A stretch of 64,000 nucleotides of DNA. Source: Candidatus Marinacidobacterales bacterium. Lineage in GTDB: Bacteria; Acidobacteriota; Vicinamibacteria; Marinacidobacterales; DATDRI01. Made by a program: the position numbers and the translations under genes. Location: positions 992,001 to 1,056,000 of the forward strand of contig OZ244742.1 in NCBI GenBank assembly GCA_965219415.1. The letters are read 5' to 3'. Of the stretch, positions 41,788 to 52,257 are shown piece by piece. The notes beneath the pieces were generated by a model. That model did not search any database. It had not been told where the DNA came from and saw only the letters and a program-made list of their open reading frames with translations. Each line of letters opens with the position of its first letter. Within the stretch, counting starts at the first letter, position 1.

Positions 41788-43665
41788 AATGAGTGCCCTC
41801 GCCGATCCCGAATCGGGGTTGCCAGATCCCCGGCTCTTCGCTCGTCGGCTTCACCTCGCGGAGCCCGACTACACGCGCCCTTTGCTCGAACTGAGCCCCA
41901 AGCAACGCCAAGACATCACGCGCAAGCTCGTCCTACTGTACGGGAAGGAGCGCGCCGAGGCCTGTTTCGAGGAGCTCGAACGGATCATGAGGGTCTACTA
42001 CGCGCACAAGACACCCGAAACGCTGGAGGCGGAAAAAAACCTCGCCCCCGCCGAACGTTTCACGGAAAAAGACATGATCTTGATCACCTACGGGATCTGA
42101 TCACCAGTCCAAAGAAGAAACCGCTTCGCGCCCTATCCGATTTTCTCACCGTCTTCATGGGCTCGATCATTAATACCGTTCATATTCTTCCCTTCTTCCC
42201 TTCGTCGTCCGACAGAGGTTTTTCCATCATCGATCATGAAGAGGTCGACCCGAGTTTAGGAAGCTGGGACGACATCGAGGAGCTCAGCCTGCGGTTCCGC
42301 CTGATGTTCGACGGCGTCTTCAATCATGTTTCAGCTTCGAGTCGCTTGTTTCAGGAGTTCCTAAACGGTAACCCCAATTTCCGAGACTTCTTCATCCGGT
42401 TCTCGACACGTGAGGAGATCAGCGCAGATCACCTGCGCTTGATCCTTCGGCCTCGGGTTACCGATCTCTTGACTGGCTTCCACACAATCGCCGGGAGGCG
42501 GTACGTCTGGACGACGTTCGGTCCCGATCAGATCGACTTGAATTTCAAGAACGAGAGAGTATTCACACACATCGTCGAAATACTTCTCTACTACGTTAGG
42601 CGAGGCGCCGATCTCATCCGGCTGGATGCGATCACTTACCTTTGGTCAGAGCTCGGAACCACTTGTGCCCATCTTCACCAGACACATGCGGTGGTGCAGC
42701 TCTTCCGATGCATCCTCGACGTGGTCGCCCCCAATGTCAGTCTAGTTACCGAGACGAACGTGCCCCATGAAGAGCTCATCACCTACTTCGGCAAGGGAAC
42801 CGATGAAGCACAGATGGTCTACAACTTTGCCCTCCCGCCGTTGGTCCTGCTTTCGTTTCAGGAGGCCAACTGCGAGTTGCTCTCGCAATGGGCCGAGAAG
42901 TTGGAGAACCCGTCCGATACCGCGACCTACTTCAATTTTCTCGACTCTCATGACGGCATCGGGCTCCTCCCGATAAAAAACTTCGTTAGCACGGAAAGAC
43001 TGGACGGCCTGGTAAAAAGGGCGCTTGCCAACGGAGGAATCATTTCCTACCGCGAAGATGCGGAGGGCAAAATGAGCCCGTACGAGATCAATGCGACCTG
43101 GTACAGCGCATTGAACGGGGCGGGCGAGGAAGACATCGATCTGCAGGTCGATCGGTTCCTCGCTTCGAGGGCCATCGCACTCGTTCTCCAGGGCGTTCCG
43201 GGCACCTACCTCCCCAGCTTGCTCGGCGCCCAAAACGACTTGGCATCGGTACTCGAGAGCGGTGAACCGCGTAGCATCAATCGAAAGAGCATCGATGAGG
43301 AAGCTCTCATCGAAAAGTTGGGCGATCGGACGTCGTCCACGTACAAAGTCGCCAGCCGCTTTCGGGAGCTTATTGAAAAACGTACCGAGACGCCGGCGTT
43401 CCATCCGAATGGTGCGCAGCGCATCTTGATGAGCAACCCGGCCGTCTTTTCCCTCGTCCGAGTTTCCACCGATGGCAAGCATCGCGTGTTGGCCCTGACC
43501 AACGTCAGCGCCGATACTCAAGAGGTCTCGTTCTCCAAGGCGGAGGTCGGAGTGGGCACCCGAACCTGGAGGGACATCCTCACCGGCCGCACACAGAATT
43601 CCTCGTCGGGCGACTTGCAAATTACCTTGGAACCCTACCAGAACCTGTGGTTAACGCCGGCCTGA
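41788..43665 (+). CDS. GH13_18 sugar phosphorylase, probably glucosylglycerate phosphorylase; frameshift near 42095
   Basis: LITYG|D, HILPFFP, WTTF, RLDA, TETNV, SHDGIG, PYEIN. Confidence 0.85.
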   Translation, partial: NECPRRSRIGVARSPALRSSASPRGARLHAPFARTEPQATPRHHAQARPTVREGARRGLFRGARTDHEGLLRAQDTRNAGGGKKPRPRRTFHGKRHDLDHLRDLITSPKKKPLRALSDFLTVFMGSIINTVHILPFFPSSSDRGFSIIDHEEVDPSLGSWDDIEELSLRFRLMFDGVFNHVSASSRLFQEFLNGNPNFRDFFIRFSTREEISADHLRLILRPRVTDLLTGFHTIAGRRYVWTTFGPDQIDLNFKNERVFTHIVEILLYYVRRGADLIRLDAITYLWSELGTTCAHLHQTHAVVQLFRCILDVVAPNVSLVTETNVPHEELITYFGKGTDEAQMVYNFALPPLVLLSFQEANCELLSQWAEKLENPSDTATYFNFLDSHDGIGLLPIKNFVSTERLDGLVKRALANGGIISYREDAEGKMSPYEINATWYSALNGAGEEDIDLQVDRFLASRAIALVLQGVPGTYLPSLLGAQNDLASVLESGEPRSINRKSIDEEALIEKLGDRTSSTYKVASRFRELIEKRTETPAFHPNGAQRILMSNPAVFSLVRVSTDGKHRVLALTNVSADTQEVSFSKAEVGVGTRTWRDILTGRTQNSSSGDLQITLEPYQNLWLTPA

Positions 43666-43667
43666 TA

Positions 43668-44342
43668 TCAAACCAACCGCTCCGCCAAATCCTCCAGCGT
43701 CGAGAACTCTTTATCCGGGCGCGCGTCACCGGAAGGAGCCTCTCCCTTGCGGTTGATCCAAACCACTGGAACGCCGAACGCCACAGCCGGCACGACATCG
43801 TGGAAATAACTCTGCGCGGCGTGGAGCCAACCGGTGGTGCCGGAAGCCTCCATCCATTTGCGAGCCTCGCGAAAATGCGGGAGGGCGGGCTTGTAGGACC
43901 TCACTTGCTGGGCGGTCACCAGGAGATCGAAGTCGACTGAGAAATGTTTCAGCGTACCGGCCAACAGATCATCGTCGACATTCGACAAGATGCCGAACTT
44001 AGCGCCGGAGGCGGCAAGGCGGCCGAGCGCGGCGTTGGTGTCGGGGAAGGGACGCCAGCTGGGAAGGCTCTCGGCGAGAAAGCTCGCCCGATCCTTATTG
44101 ATGTGCCAACCGAGTCGTCCTGCGACCCGAAGCGCCGTCTCGTCGAGGACCCCGCGGTAGCTTCGGTACGTCTCTGCCTCGACGGTGGGCTCGATCTCCT
44201 CGTAGGCCTCGAGCACGCTCTGCCTCTCGAGCTTCAAACCATCCTGGGCGGCGGCCTCCAGAAAGGCTCCGCTGATGCCGCCCTCCCAGTCGATCAACGT
44301 TCCATAGCAATCGAATGTGATGACTTCGTACGATCCGGGCAC
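43668..44342 (-). CDS. HAD-superfamily hydrolase (haloacid dehalogenase type II-like)
   Basis: TFDCYGTLIDWE, LSNVD, YKP, HAAQSYFHD. Confidence 0.9.
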   Translation of the reverse strand: MPGSYEVITFDCYGTLIDWEGGISGAFLEAAAQDGLKLERQSVLEAYEEIEPTVEAETYRSYRGVLDETALRVAGRLGWHINKDRASFLAESLPSWRPFPDTNAALGRLAASGAKFGILSNVDDDLLAGTLKHFSVDFDLLVTAQQVRSYKPALPHFREARKWMEASGTTGWLHAAQSYFHDVVPAVAFGVPVVWINRKGEAPSGDARPDKEFSTLEDLAERLV

Positions 44343-44713
44343 CAGAGACCTCCTTTACTTCGGCCCATTCGGGGAATCGCCCTCGAGATGCTGGTGTAGC
44401 GGCTCTATCAAAAGATCGAATCGTCCAGCCAACCGATCGCGATCGCACAAAAGATGCACGAGTCCCACTAATCTTCCGCCACGGAACGAGTTAGCAATGT
44501 CGCTTTGGTGCGTTAGGCCGATGGTCCGTGGCTGTAGTTTCCGGCTCCAACTCTCCGGATCTTATCACCGGCGAGCAGTTTCCCCTTGAAACTGAGTGGT
44601 TTTGACTAGGCTGGAAACTCCGTATTTTTCCGGGTGGTGAAGGAGACCCAATAGCCTAAGATCCTGCGTCAATGGGTCTGAGCCACGATGCCACCCTCTC
44701 AAAATGGATGACG

Positions 44714-44984
44714 CTAATCAAAGCAATCTATCCTCCTTGGTCTATCGCAGAGGCTAGCCTCGCCATGGGCCTCGTACCGAGACATCCATTTGTAGAAGGT
44801 CTTCCGCGAGATCCCGAAATATCTACAAGTTTTTGAGACATTATGAGTCGTTTCGGCTGCGTGACGAATGATCTTCATTCGCCAGTTCACCAGTCGCTGC
44901 CGTTCCGTCTTCTTCATAGTTGCACTACCTCCCTGTAGCGCTTAAAAGAAGACTAGTGTGTCACCTAGGTCCTGGGGTTTTACA
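44714..44984 (-). mobile_element. Truncated IS481-family element: left end plus HTH fragment
   Basis: End TGTAAAACCCCAGGACCTAGGTGACA at 44984-44959; ORF 44714-44917 NVSKTCRYFGISRKTFYKW..DRPRR, no integrase core. Confidence 0.75.
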
Positions 44985-45201
44985 AAAAAAAGCCTTGACA
45001 GCTTTCGCGCAACAAATTGCATCGCGATGACGCCGCCTTCAAAAACATCGCTCACGTTCGCTACGCAGCGTCCTGCTGCACTGACCACGCCTTTTTTGAT
45101 TTTTGTTTCATGTCGATCGGGTGTCGCCTTCCTTTCGCGAACTCCGGGCGTTCTAAAACCCCGGAGTATAATTTGGTTACTAACTCTTTGGGGGGTAGAC
45201 G

Positions 45202-45985
45202 ATGCTCGAAAGATTCAAAAACTACTTCGGAAAGCTCGAACGTCTGTCTGACGGCGAGCTGGATCGGCCCGCCTTCGCTCTTCGAGCTTCGGCGAGGCCA
45301 AGCCGAAGCCTTGGCGTAGGCTGGTCGGCGGAGAAACTGGTCTGCGCCGAGAAACAAAACGTTGCCCAGCTGATCGCCCATATCGCCGAGATGTCGAGAC
45401 GGAAGGTCGCGCTCGAGCTCGGTTACAAGAGCACGTTTCACTACTGCGTCGAGCGGCTTCGTCTGAGCGAGGGCTCGGTCGCATCACGAATTCACGTCGC
45501 GAATGTTTCGATTCGCTTCCCTTAACTGCTCGTCGCGCTGGCCGAGAACCGTATCAGCCTCACGGTTGCGGGTCTTCTGGCGCCTCATCTGAGTGAGGAC
45601 AATGTCGATACGCTCCTTGGAGATTGCGCCGGGATGACCAAGAAGGCGGTACTAGAGTATCTCGTTCGCATCGAGCCCAAACCGGTGTTCGAGCCGTCGA
45701 TCCGAAGACGCCCCGCCAGGCCGCTGCCGGTGGAGGCAGCGCCAACGGAAAGACCAACGGCCCCTCCGCGCGAGTTGACGATGAGGACGCAGCAGCTGTC
45801 GCCGAGCTCGCCCAACATCCTCCAGCCAGCCCAGCCCACCGCGTTCAACTTCAGATTCTCGGCCAACCGGAGCTTCAAAGAGAAGTTCGAGCGACTGGCT
45901 GAAGTCATGGGCGTCGAGAATGCTCAAAAGCATATGGCGGAGATCTTGGAGCAAGCTCTGGACGTTGCCCTCGATAAGAAAGAGC
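45202..45985 (+). pseudogene. DUF222/HNH-associated protein remnant (internal TAA at 45523, HNH domain lost)
   Basis: LIAHIAE..LGYKSTFHYCVERLRLSEGSVASRI..FP*LL..ISLTVAGLLAPHL. Confidence 0.7.
45268..45324. repeat. REP-like palindromic element, copy 2, inserted in frame (57 bp)
   Basis: Homologous to 21078-21129; adds PAFALRASARPSRSLGVGW between LDR and SAEKL. Confidence 0.75.
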
Positions 45986-47657
45986 TCCCGTCCAATGGAC
46001 CAATCATCCGCTGCCGTCTTCGGGAGAGAGATTGACGTGGTCCCCCGACGGCCAGTCGATCGCGTTCGTCTCCGCGACCCCGGGTCCGGAAACGGACGAT
46101 GCGAGCGCAGATCCGGTGGTGATCACGCGCTACCTTTACAAGCCAACGGCGTCGGAAGGATTGACGCGGTTCAACGACAACCGCCGGGTGCACATCTTTA
46201 TCGTAGAGCTTGAGACGAAAAAAGTGCGCCAGGTCACGCGCGGTGAGTACTACGAACACTCGGTCGATTGGTCACCCACCGGTGAAAAGATACAGTTCGT
46301 TTCCAACCGGGAGCCTAACCCTGATCAGTTCTTCAACTACGACATCTTCACCGTCAACGTCGACAACGGCTCCATCCGAAGGCTCACCCGAACCGAGAGC
46401 GCCGAGTATCGGCCGAGATGGTCTCCCGACGGCGAGTCCATTTCTTATCAGGGTACGCGACGGGGGCTGACCTCGTCCGAGACAACGATGGAGGACACTC
46501 ACATCTGGCGCATGGACGCCGACGGCGAGAATCGAAAGGAGATCGGAGCCGGCATAGACAACCGTCAGGGGGCTCCGGGTTGGTCATCGGATGGTCGATC
46601 CGTTTACGCGACGGTTCAAGAACGAGGCAACATCCGACTCTACCGGCTCCCTGTCTCCGGAGGCGCGCCCGAAGTCATCGTCGGTGACATCGGAACCGTT
46701 CGCTCGTGGTCGCTAGCGAGAGACGGTGCGGTCGCCTATGGTCTGGACTCACCGGGCGACATGCGTCAGCTCTATCTCAAGAAAAATGGGGTTGTCGAAA
46801 AACTCACCGAGCTCAACCGCGAAATCTTGGCTGCACGCCAGGTTGCCAAGGTCGAAGCTATGCAGTTCTTGAGCTTCGATGGCGTTGAAGTCGAGGCATA
46901 CGTTGTCCATCCGCTCGGTCGGACGCCTGGCTCGAAACACCCACTCATCGTGATGATCAAAGGCGGACCGCACAGCCAGCGCGGATCGAGCTTCAACTTC
47001 AAAGCACAGGCCTACGCTGGCCACGGGTGGGGCGTGATCATGGTGAACTACCGCGGCTTGACCGGCTATGGCCAAGCCTTCGCCGACGCCATTTTCGGCG
47101 ACCAGAACGGTGGCGAAGCCAAGGATGTGATCTACGGTGTGCAGGCGGCCGCCCGTCGCTACGACTGGGTCGACTCGGATCGGCTCAGCATCGAGGGCGG
47201 AAGCTACGGAGGGCAGCTCAGCAACTGGATCATTACACAAACACCGATGTTCAAAGCCGCCATCCCCATCGCGAGCATCTCGAATCTGATCAGCTTCAAC
47301 TATATGGCCTATTATCATGACTATTTGGCGGTCGAGTTCGGGGCGCTGCCCCACCAAGATGATTTGATGGACGTCCTTTGGGAACGTTCGGCACTGAAGC
47401 ATGTCGGCAACGCAAAGACCCCGACCATGCTAGTCCACGGAGAGAACGACAACGACGTTCCGATCGCGGAAGCCGAACAGTATTACATCGCCCTAAAGGA
47501 TGTCGGTGTCGAAACCATCATGGTGCGATACCCCCGGGAAGGCCACGGAGTTCGGGAGATCGGCCACCAAGTAGATCTCATCGATCGCAGCATAAACTGG
47601 TACACGAAGCACTTCCCTTCGCACACATCGACGGCAGCCCCGACGGCGTCCAAATGA
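45983..47657 (+). CDS. S9 prolyl-oligopeptidase family peptidase with PD40 propeller, N-terminally truncated
   Basis: WSPDG repeats, KGGPH, GGSYGG nucleophile, HGEND, REGHG; reading frame begins abruptly near 45983. Confidence 0.88.
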
Positions 47658-47670
47658 TTTTCGACTAGAC

Positions 47671-48236
47671 ATGGGCTTCTACGACACAGAAGGGGGCGTC
47701 AAAGAATACGTGGAGATGGCCGAGGGGTATGACGGAGCCGAGCTCGTCGAAGTCCTTAAGAAACATCTACCCGAAGGCTCGACCGTTCTCGAGCTCGGAA
47801 TGGGCCCCGGGAAGGACCTCGCTCTTATCAGCCGGTCCTACACGGTCACTGGCTCCGACAGCTCAGCGGCTTTCTCGATCTCTATCGACGAAAGAACAGC
47901 CAGGCCGATCTACTCGTGCTCGATGCCCGAACCATGGCGACGGATCGAAAGTTCGACTGCATATACTCCAACAAAGTGCTGCACCACCTTACGAAGGACG
48001 AGTTGACGACATCCCTTCAGAAACAAAGGGAGGCGTTGAACACCGACGGCCTGCTAATGCATTCTTTCTGGTACGGGACCAAAGAGGAGGAGTACGAGGG
48101 TCTCCGGTTCGTTCATTACACCGAGCAGGAGCTAGAGGAGCTCGCAGCCAATGGCTACCAAGTCCTAGACATGAAGCGCTACGAAGAGATGGCCCAAGAC
48201 GACTCCATCTATTTGCTCGTCAGAAGGACTAAATGA
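47671..48236 (+). CDS. Class I SAM methyltransferase, frameshifted
   Basis: VLELGMGPGKD, then FDCIYSNKVLHHL in the second frame. Confidence 0.8.
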
Positions 48237-48265
48237 CCAGCCGAGAATAACAAGGAGGTAAGACC

Positions 48266-48817
48266 ATGTCAGCCAAACCAGTTCCCGAGGGTTATCACAC
48301 CGCCACACCGTATTTGATCATCAAGGGAGCAGCCAAAGCGATCGAGTTCTACAAGAAGGCTTTCGGCGCCACCGAGCTGTTGCGGTTGGCGGCTCCGGAC
48401 GGGAAGCTCGGACACGCCGAGATCAAGATCGGTGACTCGCCCATCATGTTGGCGGACGAGCAGCCGGAGATGAAAGCCCTCAGCCCGGAGTCACTCGGTG
48501 GCTCGCCCGTCTCGATGCTCCTTTACGTCGAGGACGTGGACGCCCGATTCAAGCAGGCCATCGCGGCCGGGGCCACCGAGGTGAGGCCGGTCGCGGATCA
48601 ATTCTACGGAGATCGGTCCGGGATAGTGAAAGACCCCTTCGGGCACACGTGGTCCCTTGCCACCCATGTCGAAGACTTAAACCCCGGAGGAGATCGACAA
48701 GCGGTTTTCCGAGATGGCGAAACAGCAGGGCGGCTGAGGTCTCGCTGCTTTTGGAGACCCAGCGCTCGGGTGCTATGCTGCGGGAACGATGAGCGGGGGG
48801 AGCGCTTTGAGTTATAG
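48266..48817 (+). CDS. VOC/PhnB family protein; C-terminus probably frameshifted, true end near 48738
   Basis: TPYLIIKGAAKAIEFYKKAFGA, HAEIKIG, DQFYGDR, DPFGHTW. Confidence 0.92.
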   Translation: MSAKPVPEGYHTATPYLIIKGAAKAIEFYKKAFGATELLRLAAPDGKLGHAEIKIGDSPIMLADEQPEMKALSPESLGGSPVSMLLYVEDVDARFKQAIAAGATEVRPVADQFYGDRSGIVKDPFGHTWSLATHVEDLNPGGDRQAVFRDGETAGRLRSRCFWRPSARVLCCGNDERGERFEL

Positions 48818-48825
48818 GAGCACGT

Positions 48826-49654
48826 ATGAACATCCTGCTCTCGCTTGCATGGTCCGCGCTAGCTTTTGCCCTAATCGTCGGTCTCCCGAGTCATCTTCTC
48901 GCCCAAACTAACCCGGCAGATGCCCTAGTCGGTGTCTGGGAAGGTACCAAGCTAGACGGCCGTAACAACCAGTGGGATCTTTTCGGGCCCTTCGAGATTG
49001 AGAAGGACTCGGACGGGATCGTGGTGACCTACTTAGGGAGCCGAGTCGGCGACCGCGACCACCGGATGCACGAGCCCACCTTCAAAGCATCAAGCCTCAG
49101 CATGCAGTGGGGTAGTTGGGGCGGTTGGGTCTTCGAAGCCAAGCTCGTCGACGACTCGCTCCAGGGCCACCTCCGCCACCACGGGATGTCAGAGGCATTC
49201 ACGCTGACTCGACTGGTGGAGCGCACCGACCAGGAGATCGTCGAGCAGTTTGCCTCCAGTTCGGCCCGCAAAGGTGCCTCCCTCCCCAAGCCAATTCATC
49301 AGCATCCTCTTAAACAACGGGCCCGAGGCGGCCATGGAAATCTACGATGGCGTCAAGGAGCAGAATCCGGACTACTCGTTGTTTGGGTCGGGCTCCATCA
49401 ACGGGCTCGGGTATCGCCTGCTTCAGCAGAAAAAACCCGGGCAAGCCGTCGAAGTCTTTAAGTTCAACGTGCTCGCATACCCCGACGATCCCAACTCCTA
49501 CGATAGCCTCGGCGAAGGCTACATGAGCAACGGCGACAAGGAGCTGGCGATCGAAGCGTTCAAGAAGTCACTCTCGATGAACCCCCCGGCGAACGTCCGG
49601 GCGAACTCCATCAAGTTTTTGAACGAACTGGGCGTCGAGTACGACGGAACGTAG
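48826..49654 (+). CDS. Secreted protein with C-terminal TPR, frameshifted
   Basis: Signal peptide; INGLGYRLL..NSYDSLGEGY TPR in the second frame. Confidence 0.7.
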
Positions 49655-49657
49655 GCT

Positions 49658-51433
49658 CTAGAGACCGTGGCAGTTCCGGCAAACCGCGGCCTGCCGAATC
49701 GGAGCGGTCCGATGCCGACCCTCTTCGTAAGGGAAGAGCTCCCCGTGACACTGGACGCACTCCGCCTTACGTTCCAAGACCACGCCGTGAGCCAGCTCGA
49801 AGTGAAGATAGCCTAGCCTTTTCGACCCAACGAGCGTCTCAAGGTCATGGCACTTCGTACACTGAGCGCTGTCCACCGCGTAGACCTCTACCTCTAACAT
49901 GGCCTCCTCGGGCGCTGGGGCCGGCGCCGCTCGTCGGCGTCCATTCGCTGGAAGCTGCGCCAACGCCGTTCGCCCCGCCATGCGGCCGGTCACGATGGAT
50001 GGCCCGAGAAAGGTGCCTTCCAGTCCGGCCTTGCCATTGATACCGGCGAGCCCCGACGCTTCCCCGGCGGCATAGAGACCCGGAATCACTTCTCCCTCCT
50101 TATCCAAGACGCGGGAGCCGGTGTCGACGGCGATCCCTCCCATACTCTTGCGTGCGAGCGGATACTTCCGGATAGCGTAAAAAGGCGGGACCTCTAACGC
50201 CTTCACGTCCCGACAACGCGGGTCGTTACCGAGAGCGAGGCGATCGAAATCGGTATCTTTTTGCCGCTTCACCATCTGGTTGAAGCGGGCCACGGTTCGT
50301 TTCAGGGCATCTTCTGGAAGGCCGGTGGCAGCCGCCAGGCCCTCGAGCGTTTCCGAGGTCTTGGTGAGCTCCTCGTTTTGAAAGATGAGGCGCTCGACTT
50401 TTTCATCACTCCAACCCGAGCCCGTCACTAGGTGATCCTTCTTGCCTTCCGAGTCGAAGACCGCCCAATAGCTACCGGTCGGCTGTCTCAAGAGAGCGGG
50501 AAGCGTGTACTTGGCGGAGAGACATTCGTTGACGAATCGCTCTCCTTCCATGTTCACGAAGATGGAGTCGAACGCTATCGCGTTGACCCCCCGAATCCCC
50601 TCCTCGTAACGAGGATCGGGGAGCCCGGTGACGTAGTTCCATTGGTGATCGAGCCGATGGAATTGTGCGCCGACTTTCTCGGCAAGCTCCAAACCGTATC
50701 CTTGAGAGTTCCATTCCGAGCCCGCGAGAATGCGCTCCGGAAAAGGCATGTCTTTGTCCCAAAACTCTCTGACCTTTTCTAGATTGCTCTGAAAACCACC
50801 GGTGGCGATAACGACTCCCCTCGCGCGACGCTCGACCGCTTCACCGCTTCGAACGTTCGTTCCCCGAACACCCACCACACTCCCTTCTTCCACGAGCAAG
50901 TCGTCGACGCGTGTATTCCACCGGAAGCTCACGTTCCCGCTCTTCAAGTTTGCGAGATAGATTGGCGTCACCAGCCCGAGCCCGCGGCCGACTTCGTTGT
51001 GAAATCGCACCACGCTGTTGCCGGGATGGAACATCATCCCTTGGAACTCCACTCCCAACTCGGTGAGCCAGTCGAACACCTCTTCCCGCGAGTTCTCGAC
51101 GTAGTAACGTACCCAATCCGGATCGGCATCCTCTCCCCAGTTCATGAAGTCGCTATAGGCGAGCTCGACGCTGTCTTCGATCCCGGCCGCCTGCTGAATG
51201 GGGCTTCCGACGATGGCGAGGCCGCCATGAGCCACGACCGCGTGGCCGCCGAAAACGGAGCCCATGTCGATGACTTCCACCCTGGCACCACCCCCCGCCG
51301 CCTCGAGAGCGGCCGAGAGGCCCGAGATTCCGGCACCGACCACGATGAGGTCGGGCTGGGTTTCTCGCCCACACGCCGGCGACAGAGTGACAGCAAGAAG
51401 AAGCGTGAAGAGTGACTTCCTAGAGAAGTTCAT
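49658..51433 (-). CDS. Lipoprotein FAD-dependent oxidoreductase (flavocytochrome c / FAD_binding_2) with three C-terminal CxxCH heme motifs
   Basis: Lipobox SPAC; VVGAGISG; IATGGF; SMGG; GLYAAGE; CTKCH, CVQCH, CRNCH. Confidence 0.88.
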   Translation of the reverse strand: MNFSRKSLFTLLLAVTLSPACGRETQPDLIVVGAGISGLSAALEAAGGGARVEVIDMGSVFGGHAVVAHGGLAIVGSPIQQAAGIEDSVELAYSDFMNWGEDADPDWVRYYVENSREEVFDWLTELGVEFQGMMFHPGNSVVRFHNEVGRGLGLVTPIYLANLKSGNVSFRWNTRVDDLLVEEGSVVGVRGTNVRSGEAVERRARGVVIATGGFQSNLEKVREFWDKDMPFPERILAGSEWNSQGYGLELAEKVGAQFHRLDHQWNYVTGLPDPRYEEGIRGVNAIAFDSIFVNMEGERFVNECLSAKYTLPALLRQPTGSYWAVFDSEGKKDHLVTGSGWSDEKVERLIFQNEELTKTSETLEGLAAATGLPEDALKRTVARFNQMVKRQKDTDFDRLALGNDPRCRDVKALEVPPFYAIRKYPLARKSMGGIAVDTGSRVLDKEGEVIPGLYAAGEASGLAGINGKAGLEGTFLGPSIVTGRMAGRTALAQLPANGRRRAAPAPAPEEAMLEVEVYAVDSAQCTKCHDLETLVGSKRLGYLHFELAHGVVLERKAECVQCHGELFPYEEGRHRTAPIRQAAVCRNCHGL

Positions 51434-51514
51434 ATCGACTCCTAGCCGAAAACAGGCGGTTTTCGCGGGCTATCTTATCCTGCGCCGAGGAGCCGAGTCG
51501 CTCGAATTTTTCGC

Positions 51515-51555
51515 TTGACAGGACCCTTCTGAACATACACACTGGTTGGTATGAC
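51515..51555 (+). promoter_or_regulatory. Sigma70 promoter of tetR (TTGACA-N17-CACACT) overlapped by a palindromic operator
   Basis: TTGACA at 51515; CATAC...GTATG operator covers the -10 and the ATG. Confidence 0.65.
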
Positions 51556-52171
51556 AAAGAAGGACCCAGACGGGACGCGCCAGAGAATCCTCGACGCCGC
51601 CTTTCAGGAAATCTATGAGAAGGGCTTCCGAGCCGCGAGCATTGACCAGATCTTGGCCGATACCGGCCTTACAAAGGGCGCTTTGTACCACCATTTTCCG
51701 AATAAAAATGCGTTAGGATATGCAATCATTGACGAGGTCGTTCGGGGAATGATCGACGAAACATGGATTCGGCCGATGGAAGGGGCGGCCCACCCCGTCG
51801 ATGGGCTCATTTCGACGCTGAGAGGGCTCACCCCCGAACAAATGGGCATGGCCTGTAACTATGGATGCCCATTGGCAAATTTGGCTCAGGAGATGTCCCC
51901 GATCGATGAAGGCTTTCGAGTCCGCATCGAGGCTGCCCTCGATGCCTGGCGCGACGGAATCACCGATTCACTGCTCCGGGGACAGGGCGCGGGCCAGGTT
52001 CGAACCGACATCGACAGCCACAAAGTGGCCGCCTTTATCGTTGCCTCCATCGAGGGAACCGCGAGCATGGCCAAGAACTCCCAAGACCCTTCCATGGTGG
52101 AATCCTGCATGGACAGTCTCGTTCTTTACCTCGAAACGCTACGGGTCCCGGCCCCTGTAGCCGCCGCCTAA
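51551..52171 (+). CDS. TetR/AcrR family regulator
   Basis: TRQRILDAA..GF..SIDQI..GLTKGALYHHFPNK; GCPLANLAQE. Confidence 0.95.
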   Translation: MTKKDPDGTRQRILDAAFQEIYEKGFRAASIDQILADTGLTKGALYHHFPNKNALGYAIIDEVVRGMIDETWIRPMEGAAHPVDGLISTLRGLTPEQMGMACNYGCPLANLAQEMSPIDEGFRVRIEAALDAWRDGITDSLLRGQGAGQVRTDIDSHKVAAFIVASIEGTASMAKNSQDPSMVESCMDSLVLYLETLRVPAPVAAA

Positions 52172-52211
52172 TCATCCCAAAATGACCCCACTTCGCGTTC
52201 CTAGCGCCATA

Positions 52212-52235
52212 TACATACCAACCGATATGAATGTA
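52212..52235. promoter_or_regulatory. Second TetR operator upstream of the MMPL operon
   Basis: TACATACCAACCGATATGAATGTA shares CATACCAACC with the reverse complement of the first operator. Confidence 0.65.
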
Positions 52236-52257
52236 AATTGTCAATCGGAGGAAAAAA

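Noticed and set aside
41566-42095. N-terminus of the 699-aa GH13 ORF
   Set aside because: Frameshift artefact; the true N-terminus is in ORF 41780-42100
44425-44518. attC-like GTTAGGC box at 44512
   Set aside because: Arms are offset with no canonical L boxes and no cassette ORF
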